DNA of 64,000 nucleotides from Pseudomonadales bacterium. Lineage in GTDB: Bacteria; Pseudomonadota; Gammaproteobacteria; Pseudomonadales; JBECKS01. The DNA is taken from assembly GCA_965223975.1 (NCBI GenBank), contig OZ245031.1, forward strand, positions 2,926,917 through 2,990,916, written 5' to 3'. Under the pieces are notes generated by a model, which did no database searches, had not been told where the DNA came from, and saw only the letters and a program-made list of their open reading frames with translations. The position numbers and the translations under genes are program-made. Shown here piece after piece: positions 32,911-42,456 of the stretch (the stretch's first letter is position 1; each line of letters begins with the position of its first letter).

Positions 32911-35355
32911 TTAGCCTTTTCTATTTGCTCTAGGGTCGTTTGATGCTCTCTGAGCAGAAGGTTTTTCGGAATTACTATTGTTCTTTGATGATTCTCCAAC
33001 TCCGCTGCTTGAATTAGAGGCGGTGCTGGTGGTTTGGTTACCTTGTGTATTCTCTTGAGCATTGACTGTGTTAGCCTTTTCTTGGTGGTTAGAAGATTGC
33101 TCGCTGCTATTAGGACTGTTTGACCTCGAATCGTTATCCTTTTTACTCTGGCTTTCTTTTGATGATGAGCTTTGCGCCTGAGTGTTACCACTGGGTTTCT
33201 GTTCAACCTTTGTGCTTTGTTGCGCATCTTGAGTAGGTTGTGCATTCGAGCTAGTGTTTTTCTGTGGCTTTTGCTCTTGTGCTGGCTTTTCTTGATTTGC
33301 TGCAACAACAGACTGTTCTTTGGTTGGTTCAATATCTTTTCGCGCTTTATTGCGGTTATCTTGGTTTCGATTTCGACGATTTCTGTTTCGGTTACTTCCT
33401 TCATTTCGCTCTTTTTTCTCGCTGCTCGGTCGTCTGTCTTGTTTGTTTTGATTATTATTGCTTTGACCTTTGCTATCGTTCTGCGCATTAGAGTTGGATG
33501 ATTTGTTACTTCGCTTACTATCGTTTCGATTGTGTTTGCTTTTGCTGCCTTGGCTTTTGTTAGATTGGCTTTTACTGCTCTGATTACTGCTGCTTTTGCT
33601 GCTACGGCTATTGCGGTTGCTGCTTTGCTTTCTATTGCTTTTAGTGCGATGGCTATTGTTAGGCGCTTGCTTTTGAGGTTCTGCCTTAGGCTCAGGGCTA
33701 GGCTCTGGAGCAAAAAATGTCAGGATGCGCTGCCATAGGCTAGGGCTGCTTATGCTTTCTTCGCTTTTAGGGCGCTTAAGTTTTACCGCGGCTTTTTGCT
33801 GCTTATTAACATTACTTTGAATATCAATGCCTTCGTTTTTTGGAAGATCAATCTCGTCTGCCATTTCAAAGCTTGCTTTACTACTGGCTCCGTTTTCCTT
33901 GATACGCGTTACTTCAAAGTGCGGGGACTCTAGGTTTACATTTGGGATGACTACTATTCTTACGCCTAAACGGTTTTCCAACTTAAGAACTGACTCTCGT
34001 TTCTCGTTTAATAAGTAAGTGGCGACATCAACCGGAAGCTGTGCATGCAACTGATGCACAGAGTCCTTGAGCGCTTCTTCTTCCAATAAACGCATCACTG
34101 AAAGCGCTGTAGATGGAATATCTCGAATGGTACCTTGCCCACTACAGCGTGGGCAGGTAACTCCGCTGGTTTCACCAAGTGAAGGGCGTAATCTTTGTCG
34201 TGAAAGCTCTAGTAGACCAAAGCGAGATATTTTGCCAACTTGAACCCTAGCTCGGTCAATCGCCAATGCATCTTTCATGCGGTTTTCAACGGCCCGCTGA
34301 TTCTTGGCAGGAGACATATCGATAAAATCAACGACAAATAATCCGCCCATGTCACGCAGCCTTAACTGGCGAGCAATTTCGTCGGCGGCTTCTAAGTTAG
34401 TATTTAATGCCGTTTCTTCGATATCTCCACCTTTGGTCGAGCGTGCAGAGTTGATATCTATGGATACCAGGGCTTCGGTAGGGTCAATCACAATTGAGCC
34501 GCCAGAGGGTAGGCGAACTTCACGCTCAAATGCGCTTTCGATCTGGCTTTCGACTTGATACCGGCTAAAAAGCGGAACATTATCGTTGTACAGTTTGATT
34601 TTATCTAGGTATTGAGGGTTTATACGCTCCACCGAGTCATAGGCTTTACGATAGGTGCTTTCATCGTCAATCAGTACCTCATCGATATCCTCTCGAAGGT
34701 AATCGCGAATAGCTCTAGATACAACGTCGCTTTCTTGATGAAGGAGTATTGGGGCTTTGTTTTCATCAGAGGCCTTTTGAATGGCTTCCCATAACTGGAC
34801 TAGGTAGTCGAGGTCCTTTTGGAGCTCTTCGCTGCTACGCCCGATTCCAGCGGTACGCACGATATAGCCCATGCTATTGGGGGCGCTTAAGCCTTTCATT
34901 GCTTCTCTAAGTTGCTCGCGCTCTTCGCCTTCGATACGACGTGAGATGCCGCCAGCTCTAGAGTTATTGGGCATTAGAACCAAATATCGACCTGCCAGGC
35001 TGATGAAGGTAGATATAGCAGCTCCTTTGTTCCCACGTTCTTCTTTCTCTACTTGGAGTATGATCTCCTGACCTTCTTTGAGAGCATCTTTAATCGCTGG
35101 CCTAGAGTTGCTCCCACTCGGAAAATATTCTTTGGCGATTTCCTTTAAGGGTAAAAAGCCGTGACGCTCTGAACCAAAATCAACGAATGCCGCTTCTAAG
35201 CTGGGTTCTACGCGGGTCACTTTGCCTTTATAGATATTTGCCTTTTTTTGTTCGCGGGTGGTTGGCTCGATATCAAGATCATAAAGCTTTTGACCATCGA
35301 CTAGTGCAACTCGAAGCTCCTCAGAGTGAGTTGCATTTATTAACATTCTTTTCAT
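32911..35355 (-). CDS. rne: Ribonuclease E
   Basis: 814 aa:
- An S1 domain ([21 protein letters not shown]).
- A catalytic core (DFIDM) and a Zn-link (CPRCSGQG).
- A candidate amphipathic membrane segment ([11 protein letters not shown]).
- A ~265-aa S/N/K/Q/R-rich low-complexity tail. Confidence 0.95.
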   Translation of the reverse strand: MKRMLINATHSEELRVALVDGQKLYDLDIEPTTREQKKANIYKGKVTRVEPSLEAAFVDFGSERHGFLPLKEIAKEYFPSGSNSRPAIKDALKEGQEIILQVEKEERGNKGAAISTFISLAGRYLVLMPNNSRAGGISRRIEGEEREQLREAMKGLSAPNSMGYIVRTAGIGRSSEELQKDLDYLVQLWEAIQKASDENKAPILLHQESDVVSRAIRDYLREDIDEVLIDDESTYRKAYDSVERINPQYLDKIKLYNDNVPLFSRYQVESQIESAFEREVRLPSGGSIVIDPTEALVSIDINSARSTKGGDIEETALNTNLEAADEIARQLRLRDMGGLFVVDFIDMSPAKNQRAVENRMKDALAIDRARVQVGKISRFGLLELSRQRLRPSLGETSGVTCPRCSGQGTIRDIPSTALSVMRLLEEEALKDSVHQLHAQLPVDVATYLLNEKRESVLKLENRLGVRIVVIPNVNLESPHFEVTRIKENGASSKASFEMADEIDLPKNEGIDIQSNVNKQQKAAVKLKRPKSEESISSPSLWQRILTFFAPEPSPEPKAEPQKQAPNNSHRTKSNRKQSSNRNSRSSKSSSNQSSKSQSNKSQGSKSKHNRNDSKRSNKSSNSNAQNDSKGQSNNNQNKQDRRPSSEKKERNEGSNRNRNRRNRNQDNRNKARKDIEPTKEQSVVAANQEKPAQEQKPQKNTSSNAQPTQDAQQSTKVEQKPSGNTQAQSSSSKESQSKKDNDSRSNSPNSSEQSSNHQEKANTVNAQENTQGNQTTSTASNSSSGVGESSKNNSNSEKPSAQRASNDPRANRKG

Positions 35356-35700
35356 GTGTGTACTCTTCTCATAGTTGAGTAGAGAAACAAAGGGGCTAGC
35401 TAATTAAGAAAGTGAATAGTGTGCTTAGAAACTGCGGATAAGCAAGATTAGAACTTGCTTTTCATGATCCTACTTAATTCATCTTATTAGCTATCGCTAT
35501 CATATGAATATAGGGTTATGGCCTTAAAAAGTTTCGAAACGGCCTGGTCTAGCTCGTTTATACAAAAAGTAAACGGTACTGGAGTGCTTTTACCTACAAA
35601 GGGTCTAGCTTTCCTGCGTTTACAAACCTATCACTAAGCACTTTTATATGGATGTTGTTGCTAAAGTACTAACTTCCATATTGGGCCACAGATGAAAAGG
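35356..35700 (-). promoter_or_regulatory. Probable rne leader / 5' UTR region containing stem-loops
   Basis: A long non-coding stretch upstream of rne contains hairpins, e.g. AAGCAAG-attagaa-CTTGCTT at 35440-35460 and the palindrome GTTTCGAAAC at 35531-35540. E. coli rne has a long structured autoregulatory 5' UTR. The extent here is not determined. Confidence 0.4.
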
Positions 35701-35819
35701 TGGCTCAAGGCAGCGATGACTTGCTGCCTTCTCAGATTATGGGTTTTGAAAAACTAACTCTTTGCCTAAATATATTTAATATAAAGGCCGTTATCATTTA
35801 CCTAAAATTTCTATGCTTA

Positions 35820-35853
35820 GCCCTCGCAGTCGGCGAGGGCTGCTATTCTTTTT
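35820..35853 (+). terminator. Terminator-like hairpin on the plus strand inside the rne-rluC spacer
   Basis: GCCCTCGC-agtcg-GCGAGGGC is a perfect 8-bp GC-rich stem (35820-35840). It is followed by tgctattcttttt. Confidence 0.35.
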
Positions 35854-36277
35854 CTGAGCTTTGCTTCGCTCTCTATTTCTCCAAATTAGGCTGATCGAAT
35901 TAATAACGATCAGCCACATAAATTAATTTTAGCCATCTAAATATGGCCACGGGGTTTAAGAGCTTATCTGCTATCTTAAAGTTTCACTTTAAGCAGCAAG
36001 TCAGTCGAGTTATCATCCCGCGCTTTGGGGACAATGTGCTACATGTAGCACGACTGGACGACTATCGGAGTGTAGTTTTCTTTTTGAGAAATAGGCACTC
36101 TAATGACTCGTAATCTTAAACTTAAGCTGACTTGTAACTGGGCAAAGATGACCACAATTTGTTATCGTTGCTTTTTATCAACAAGTATCGCTAAGCGTTT
36201 GTAAATTCAATAATTTTTGCTCACAAACTGAGGCGAATATAGCAGCTCTGTCGTGTAACGGCAAACCGGAATAGCAG

Positions 36278-37294
36278 ATGTCTAAACAAGGTACAGCCAG
36301 GGAAACAAAAGGCCTGGATCGCGACCGCTACAGTCAAGTTCAGTTCGTCCAGGTCACTGAGCATGAAACTGGTCAAAGATTAGACAATTTTCTACTGAAG
36401 CGCCTAAAAGGTGTGCCGAAATCCAAGATTTATCAGATTGTTCGTAAGGGAGAAGTCCGAATAGATAAAAAGAGGGCTAAACCGGCTACGAAGCTGATAG
36501 ACGGGCAAGAGGTTCGTATTCCACCGATACGTCTTAGCCAGGGAGAAGGTGAAGAGGTTGCGGGAAAGGCTAGGCTAGATAAGAATCAGCGCCAAATAGC
36601 AGATATTGAAAAAGCCATTATTTATGAGGACAAGCATCTACTGGTTTTGAATAAGCCGTCAGGTCTTGCTGTTCATGGTGGAAGCGGAGTATCGCTGGGG
36701 CTGATTGAGTTAATTCGTGCCGGCCGTCCAGAGGGCAGCTTTTTAGAATTAGTGCATCGCCTCGATAGGGAAACATCGGGTTGCATCGTGATTGCCAAAA
36801 GGGGGGCAATACTTAGGGAGCTGCATGGCTTAATTAGAGACTCCAAGATCGATAAGTTTTATGTGGCGCTGGTAGACGGGCGCTGGAAGGGGGCCAGGCA
36901 CTTGGTAGAAGCTCCGTTGTTGAAAACTCATCTTAAATCTGGTGAACGTATAGTGAGAGTCAGCCGAGAGGGTAAAGAAAGTAAAACCGTCTTTTTGGTG
37001 AAAGAGCGCTTCCAGCGTTGCAGCTTGGTAGAGGCCGAGTTGTTAACCGGTAGAACCCACCAAATACGCGTGCATTGTCAGTATTCTGGGCACAGCATCC
37101 TGGGCGATGAGAAGTATGGTCAACAAATTAGCAAAGAGCTGCTGTCTGAATTAGGCCTTAAGCGCATGTTCTTACACGCTAGACGATTGGTTTTACCCTT
37201 AAGCTGTTATGATCAGCCGTTAGCTATTGAGGCGCCTCTTGACGCTCAATTGACGGCCAGCTTGAAGAGGCTAAGAAAGGGAGCGGCAGGATAA
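36278..37294 (+). CDS. rluC: 23S rRNA pseudouridine synthase C (RluA family, with S4 domain)
   Basis: 338 aa with an N-terminal S4-like domain (GQRLDNFLLKRL) and catalytic HRLDRETSG. It is divergent from rne, as in E. coli and Pseudomonas. Confidence 0.9.
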   Translation: MSKQGTARETKGLDRDRYSQVQFVQVTEHETGQRLDNFLLKRLKGVPKSKIYQIVRKGEVRIDKKRAKPATKLIDGQEVRIPPIRLSQGEGEEVAGKARLDKNQRQIADIEKAIIYEDKHLLVLNKPSGLAVHGGSGVSLGLIELIRAGRPEGSFLELVHRLDRETSGCIVIAKRGAILRELHGLIRDSKIDKFYVALVDGRWKGARHLVEAPLLKTHLKSGERIVRVSREGKESKTVFLVKERFQRCSLVEAELLTGRTHQIRVHCQYSGHSILGDEKYGQQISKELLSELGLKRMFLHARRLVLPLSCYDQPLAIEAPLDAQLTASLKRLRKGAAG

Positions 37295-37959
37295 TGTCCA
37301 AGGGTCTTTGTTCGAACAAGGAGCTCCTAATTTTTGATTGGGATGGGACTTTAATCGACTCCCATGATTATATTATTGACTCCATGTTGCTCGCCGCCCA
37401 GGGCGTTGGTCTTGTTGAGCCTAGTAGAGAACAAGTCTCTGCCATTATCGGTATGAGTATGGTACCTGCAATACAAACATTGTTCCCTGAATTGGACGAA
37501 CAGGAAGTGATCAATTTTAGGGCTGTATATACACAGCATTATGATAATGAAAGTCGGGCTCAGCCGAAGTTGTTCGAGGGTGTCTACAAAGGCCTAGAAC
37601 GTCTACATGGTTGGGGCTATGAACTAGCTATCGCTACTGGAAAACGCCGTCCGGGTTTACAGAGCGGTTTAGAATACACTCAAACAGTACATTTTTTTGG
37701 TGAGCTGCGCACTGCAGATGACTGTTTATCTAAGCCAAGCCCTGAGATGGTGTTATCGATTTTAGAGTCTTATCAAATAAGTGCTGAGCAATGTTTGGTG
37801 TTTGGAGACAACGTATTAGATATACAAATGGCTAAAGCTGCTGGTGTTGACTCTATTGGTTTGGGAACTGGCTCTAGTTCGTTAATGGATATGGAAAGGG
37901 TCGGTGCTCGTTTTTGTTTTGAAAACTTTACAGAAACGCTTTCTTTGTTTGAACGCTAA
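37294..37959 (+). CDS. HAD-superfamily hydrolase (phosphoglycolate-phosphatase-like)
   Basis: 221 aa with motif I LIFDWDGTLIDS, motif III GKRRP region and motif IV VFGDNVLD. The start overlaps the rluC stop. Confidence 0.85.
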   Translation: MSKGLCSNKELLIFDWDGTLIDSHDYIIDSMLLAAQGVGLVEPSREQVSAIIGMSMVPAIQTLFPELDEQEVINFRAVYTQHYDNESRAQPKLFEGVYKGLERLHGWGYELAIATGKRRPGLQSGLEYTQTVHFFGELRTADDCLSKPSPEMVLSILESYQISAEQCLVFGDNVLDIQMAKAAGVDSIGLGTGSSSLMDMERVGARFCFENFTETLSLFER

Positions 37960-37972
37960 CAGCGAGTTTTCT

Positions 37973-39115
37973 ATGAAAAAAACGATAGTAGCTGGTTTGG
38001 TTTTGGTATTTTTTGCGTATGCATTTCATGTTAGCCGCATTTCGCCAACATACTCTACATTTGTTGTGTTGGAAGCTATATCTTGGGCCGATGATTTCTC
38101 CACTCGGAAAGGCTCGATCTTCTTAGGCCCAAAGCAAGAGATACCGGGTAGCAAACCGGACATGAGCCTGGAAAATCTAACCAGCCTAGAGTCAGCTGAA
38201 ATGAAAAGCTGGTTAAGAAGGACCCACACTAAAGCGTTGTTGATAGCGCAGAATGGGAAAATCGTTCATGAAAGCTATGAGGAGCGTTTCGAAAAAGGCC
38301 TGGAGACGAATGGTTTATCAATGGCGAAACCTGTGATTGCATTGTTGGTGGGAATTGCGATCGAAGAGGGAAAGATAGATTCTGTTGATCAGAGTATCGT
38401 AGATTTTTTACCGGAAATTCCGGAATCTCGAGCTGGGAATGTGACCATAAGACACCTGCTAAAGCATACTTCAGGTGTAAGAGATATGTTGCCGAATGTG
38501 CTACGCATGAAAAAAGGCCATGACATCACTGATCGTTTATCTAAGTTAGGTTTTGTAAAGAAAAAAAATATGGTTTACGCAAACACTAACTATCACCTGC
38601 TGAATATCATTTTACAAAGAGCCTACGACTTACCTTTAAACAAAATTATCGAGCAGAAACTTTGGTCGCCAATGGGGTTGGAGCAGGCTTCTACCATTAA
38701 CACCACGGGTTATTGTTGCCTATTTGCCAGTGTTCGTTCTTGGTGGGCTATTGGCGAACTGATGTTAAATAAAGGTATGCATCTTAATCAAAGAATTGTG
38801 TCTGCAGAATGGGTTGCGCAAATGGTCGAGGATAAAACTGAACCTCGCTATTTTGTTTCTCAGCTTACTTCGACACATAAAAACAATACTTATGCCTACG
38901 GCCTATACGGTGGTATAGCAGATGCCCCCGAAGTTTATTGGGCTGTAGGAATGGGTCTTCAATTCGTTCTGATAGATCCTGTAAGAAAGATGGTTGTGGT
39001 TAGGATGGGTGATTTGCCAAGCATAATCGTTCCAGGCTCTATTCGACATGACGAATACCTAGGTGAGAGTCTGATCGATTTGATGAAGTTTATCGATAGT
39101 GGGCAGATAAAGTGA
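37973..39115 (+). CDS. Beta-lactamase-fold serine hydrolase, paralog 1
   Basis: I prefer the ATG at 37973 (MKKTIVAGLVLVFFAYA signal/anchor) to the track start 37904, which overlaps the HAD gene. Motifs are S-x-x-K (GLSMAKPV) and Y-x-N (YANTNY). Confidence 0.75.
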   Translation: MKKTIVAGLVLVFFAYAFHVSRISPTYSTFVVLEAISWADDFSTRKGSIFLGPKQEIPGSKPDMSLENLTSLESAEMKSWLRRTHTKALLIAQNGKIVHESYEERFEKGLETNGLSMAKPVIALLVGIAIEEGKIDSVDQSIVDFLPEIPESRAGNVTIRHLLKHTSGVRDMLPNVLRMKKGHDITDRLSKLGFVKKKNMVYANTNYHLLNIILQRAYDLPLNKIIEQKLWSPMGLEQASTINTTGYCCLFASVRSWWAIGELMLNKGMHLNQRIVSAEWVAQMVEDKTEPRYFVSQLTSTHKNNTYAYGLYGGIADAPEVYWAVGMGLQFVLIDPVRKMVVVRMGDLPSIIVPGSIRHDEYLGESLIDLMKFIDSGQIK

Positions 39116-40269
39116 AGTCATCTCATTTAGTTTATTCTGCTTTGGTTTTATTGATAACAATCGGTTTATTGTTTAAAAATCAGCTTCAAAGCTTTTTGAT
39201 GATGGAGACTATGTCGTATGTAGACCATCGAATATTAAGGCAAGACTCGGGGTGGTTAGGTGAGCTCAGCCTCATTGATGGTGAAGAGAGTTCCTCTAGG
39301 GAAAAAGCAAATGCTCTCGAAGCAACTGATGAGCCCAATGCTGTGAATAAAGACGCTATTCACGACTGGATCATGGCTAGTGACAGTCAGAGCCTGATCA
39401 TACAGCGGGGCGGCAAAATTCTCTTTGAATACTACGCGCCAAATATAGGAGAAGGAGAGAAGCTAAATGGCCAGTCGATGACCAAAACAGTCATTGCACT
39501 TTTGATCGGTATCGCAATCGACGAAGGGCTTATTGAGTCAGAAGAACAAAGTTTGAGCGATTTTCTTCCAGAACTAAGTATTGATGAGTCTATCGGCATT
39601 ATTTCGTTAAGAAGTATGTTGCGCCAAGAATCGGGTATGCATGATGAATTTTCCTTGGTGTTTTCGAGTTTAAAGGGTGAAGCTATTGATCTTGCCGAAG
39701 TTGAGTTTCAAGAAGATAAGCGCTTTGTTTATTCCAATGTTAATTATTACCTCTTGTCATTGGTGCTTAGACGCCTATATCAAAAAGATCTAAGTCAGAT
39801 TTTATCAGACAAGTTATGGAAGCCAATGAAACTTTCGAATGCTGGCGTGATTAACTCAACAGGCTATTGCTGTATCTTTGCTACAGCGCGAAGCTGGTTG
39901 GCCTTAGGCGAGCTTTTAATGAATAAAGGGGTGTATAAAGATCGACGGATCGTATCTGAGGCTTGGGTTAATAAAATGATTAACGATCGTACTCAGCCGA
40001 AATTTTTTGTAGTTCAGCTTACTAATCGAGGCGTAGCCAATGAATATGGATATCATATTTTTAGTGGTTTAGAAGATAGATCGGAAGCCTATTGGACAGA
40101 AGGAATAGGCTTTCAATTGGTGTTTATTGATCCGAACACGGAATTAATTATTGTGAGGCAGGGGGATATCTCTAGCGCCAGCAATCTCTCTGGATATCGC
40201 TGGCATAGGCATTTGCTAAGTGATTTGTTGGCTGCAGTTGATGACACCCATTCCAAGTCTGTTGAGTAA
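39112..40269 (+). CDS. Beta-lactamase-fold serine hydrolase, paralog 2
   Basis: 385 aa with a GTG start overlapping the upstream stop (GTGA). It has S-x-x-K (GQSMTKTV) and Y-x-N (YSNVNY). It aligns colinearly with paralog 1, including INSTGYCCIFA versus INTTGYCCLFA. Confidence 0.75.
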   Translation: MKSSHLVYSALVLLITIGLLFKNQLQSFLMMETMSYVDHRILRQDSGWLGELSLIDGEESSSREKANALEATDEPNAVNKDAIHDWIMASDSQSLIIQRGGKILFEYYAPNIGEGEKLNGQSMTKTVIALLIGIAIDEGLIESEEQSLSDFLPELSIDESIGIISLRSMLRQESGMHDEFSLVFSSLKGEAIDLAEVEFQEDKRFVYSNVNYYLLSLVLRRLYQKDLSQILSDKLWKPMKLSNAGVINSTGYCCIFATARSWLALGELLMNKGVYKDRRIVSEAWVNKMINDRTQPKFFVVQLTNRGVANEYGYHIFSGLEDRSEAYWTEGIGFQLVFIDPNTELIIVRQGDISSASNLSGYRWHRHLLSDLLAAVDDTHSKSVE

Positions 40270-40358
40270 TATTTCTTCTATTGATACGCGGTATTTGGGA
40301 TTGATATGGCTCTTTGATCCATCCCGTCATAAGCTAGACATTACCCAGAGGAGAGTAT

Positions 40359-40952
40359 ATGCCTAGCGAGATTACATTGTTCGGAAGTATGACTTCACCC
40401 TATGCACGTCATTGTCGAATAGCCTTGATAGAGAGCGAAATAGACTGTCTTTTTAAGGAGGCTAATGCGCTAAGCAGTAGCAAATTGTCTCCGACTCAAC
40501 GGACTCCTTTTCTAAGCTATAAAGAAGATGGCAAAGAGCACTTGTTGAGTGATTCGACAGCCATTCTTAGTTTTATTCGTAGGCAGCAAGACTTGCCCTT
40601 TGTTGAAGAGCTTGATCAATTGAATGACTTTTGTGCAGCTAATACCTTACTCGATACAGCGATTAACTTGTTTTTCTTGGAGAAGGCTGGTCTGGATGCT
40701 GGTTCAAACTCCTATATCAGAAGGCAGTGTAGTCGAATTGAAAGTGGTCTTGCGGATTTCGAAAATAAGCTAGAAACGACTTCACTAAGTGCCCCAAGTC
40801 CTTATAATGATGCACAGCTACGGTTAGCCTGTTTTTTAGATTGGGCCTTGTTTAGAAACAGGATTAGCCTAGATGCTTTACCCAAACTACAAAGTTTCTT
40901 GGATAGTTTTAAAAATTATCCTGCTTTTGCTGATACTCAGCCTAAAGACTAA
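40359..40952 (+). CDS. Glutathione S-transferase-like protein
   Basis: 197 aa with an N-terminal thioredoxin-like GST fold signature (LFGSMTSPYARHCRIAL ... SDSTAILSFI). GAGGAG RBS upstream. Confidence 0.6.
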   Translation: MPSEITLFGSMTSPYARHCRIALIESEIDCLFKEANALSSSKLSPTQRTPFLSYKEDGKEHLLSDSTAILSFIRRQQDLPFVEELDQLNDFCAANTLLDTAINLFFLEKAGLDAGSNSYIRRQCSRIESGLADFENKLETTSLSAPSPYNDAQLRLACFLDWALFRNRISLDALPKLQSFLDSFKNYPAFADTQPKD

Positions 40953-40980
40953 AACAGAATAAAAACGGATTAGAGTACCC

Positions 40981-41493
40981 ATGAAATCTAAAGTCGATCA
41001 TCAATTTGATATTTCAGCGTCTGCCTTATTAGATCAATACTGTTCAAAGCAGTATTACATCGATCGTTTTGAGCAGGACGGTGTTCATGATTTTGAATTC
41101 GTAAAATTTGATGAAGATGGAGACAAGGTTTCAATCGAGATATTACGTAAAGAAGTGATTCACTATGATCGTGTACCTAAGTTTATGGAAAAGATTGGCA
41201 TAAACTTAGTCGGTGATGCTGTGAATGTGAGAATATTTATTGATTGGGATAAAAAAACCGGAGTCGGAACCAACAAGGTTAAAGTAAAAGCGGCTCCAGT
41301 TAATGTATCTATTTTGTCTAAGGTGAAAGACAAGGGCGAGGACTCTTGCTTGAACGTGGTTGAAGTAGAGTTTAAAGCCAAAATCCCTGTGGTTGGAAAG
41401 CAGGTTGAGAAGTTTGTAATGCCTAAAATTGAGCGTGGGGCTAAGAAGGATTTGCAGAAGTCAGCAGAGTATTTCTCATCAATAGGACTGTAA
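40981..41493 (+). CDS. Hypothetical protein, possibly SRPBCC/DUF2505-like
   Basis: 170 aa, soluble and Lys-rich, with no catalytic motif recognised. The family guess is from overall size and pattern only. Confidence 0.35.
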   Translation: MKSKVDHQFDISASALLDQYCSKQYYIDRFEQDGVHDFEFVKFDEDGDKVSIEILRKEVIHYDRVPKFMEKIGINLVGDAVNVRIFIDWDKKTGVGTNKVKVKAAPVNVSILSKVKDKGEDSCLNVVEVEFKAKIPVVGKQVEKFVMPKIERGAKKDLQKSAEYFSSIGL

Positions 41494-41496
41494 GCT

Positions 41497-42180
41497 CTAT
41501 TTACTTTTCCACTGACTTGCGCCTAAAAAAATTACTCGCATTTGCTGCTCTACCGTATTGAGCACTTCTTCTCGCCGTTTTTGGTGAATACTGCTGTTGA
41601 GCAAATCGACAGTACCGAAAGCTACCGTGTTGACTACTAGCTCAGAAATCATTTCTAGGTCTTGGCCATTTACGTTAGGCAATAACCCCATGGTGCTTAG
41701 ATCGCTCACTAGCTCAAGGCTAAAAAAGCGAAACTCGCTTCTAATAGCGGACTGAATGGTTTTGGCACCGCTGGTTCTTGCTTGTAAAGCAAAAATAAAG
41801 TGCGAGCGATGTTCTTCTACATACTCGATATAAATCTGTAAGGATTGGCGAATCATTTGGTCGTTTGTGAATTCGCGCTGGCGCCCATTTCGAATAATTT
41901 TTCTAAGGTAAATACCTACCTCGTCGACAAGCTCTAGGCCTAATTCATCTAGGTCGTTGAAATGCCGATAAAATGCTGAGGGGGATATGCCTACCTTTTT
42001 GGTTATTTCGCGAATACTGACATTAGAAAAGCTACCAAGTTCCTCTGAAAGCTCCAAAGCCGAGTCCAGAATAAGGGCCCTAGTCTGAGCTTTTTTTTCT
42101 ACCCGGCTAATTTCACGGGTGCTAGTACGAGAGCTTCTACGAGGGCTTCGCGATGAACTGGTGGATTTCGGTCGACTCAT
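41497..42180 (-). CDS. TetR-family transcriptional regulator (DesT/FabR-like by context)
   Basis: 227 aa with a basic S/R-rich N-terminus and a TetR HTH (VSIREITKKVGISPSAFYRHF). It is divergent from a reductase-desaturase pair. Confidence 0.8.
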   Translation of the reverse strand: MSRPKSTSSSRSPRRSSRTSTREISRVEKKAQTRALILDSALELSEELGSFSNVSIREITKKVGISPSAFYRHFNDLDELGLELVDEVGIYLRKIIRNGRQREFTNDQMIRQSLQIYIEYVEEHRSHFIFALQARTSGAKTIQSAIRSEFRFFSLELVSDLSTMGLLPNVNGQDLEMISELVVNTVAFGTVDLLNSSIHQKRREEVLNTVEQQMRVIFLGASQWKSK

Positions 42181-42415
42181 CTGGGGATATACGCTGAGAA
42201 AATGGTAGTTAAGTTCAGAACAAGTGTACCTTAGTGGTCTTATAAATCTACAAAAAATAGCTAAAAACTCTTACTTTAACGCCCCAAAAGCCTGGCATTT
42301 GGTAGTAAATACAAGTTTTGTATTACAAGAATAGATCAATATAGGCCTTAATAAAGGGGAAAATAAAAAAATATGAATTTTTTCTTGATATTTTCTTTTA
42401 ATGTATTACATTTCG

Positions 42416-42431
42416 GTAAACAAATGTTCAC
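42416..42431. promoter_or_regulatory. Candidate TetR operator in the divergent promoter region
   Basis: GTAAACA-AA-TGTTCAC is an inverted repeat matching 6 of 7 per arm, 26 bp upstream of the preferred ATG at 42457. Further AT-rich palindromes occur at 42308-42324 (AATACAA-gtt-TTGTATT) and 42400-42412 (AATGTA-t-TACATT). Confidence 0.4.
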
Positions 42432-42456
42432 TGAAATATCTAAAGGTGAGGTGAAA

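Noticed and set aside
32907-33713. A 268-aa minus-strand ORF overlapping the 3' part of rne in another frame.
   Set aside because: It lies entirely within the low-complexity S/N/K/Q-rich tail region of rne. Its translation is itself repetitive (A/K/I/T-rich), it has no independent RBS, and the rne frame is continuous with a well-supported catalytic domain. I treat it as a shadow ORF caused by compositional bias.
35700-35894. A 64-aa ORF in the rne-rluC spacer.
   Set aside because: It has no Shine-Dalgarno, begins at a non-ATG codon in the track, and a GC-rich terminator-like hairpin (35820-35840) lies inside it. The sequence is hydrophobic and low-complexity. I consider the region more likely RNA or regulatory, as described in the finding.
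37904-37972. The upstream start proposed by the track for the first serine hydrolase, which overlaps the HAD gene by 56 nt.
   Set aside because: The ATG at 37973 begins a typical signal or anchor peptide (MKKTIVAGLVLVFF). The extra 23 residues would lie within the HAD coding region.
42373-42456. The upstream start proposed by the track for the reductase gene (MNFFLIFSFNVLHF...).
   Set aside because: That stretch is AT-rich promoter or operator DNA containing palindromes. The ATG at 42457 has a strong AGGTGAGGTGA ribosome-binding site.
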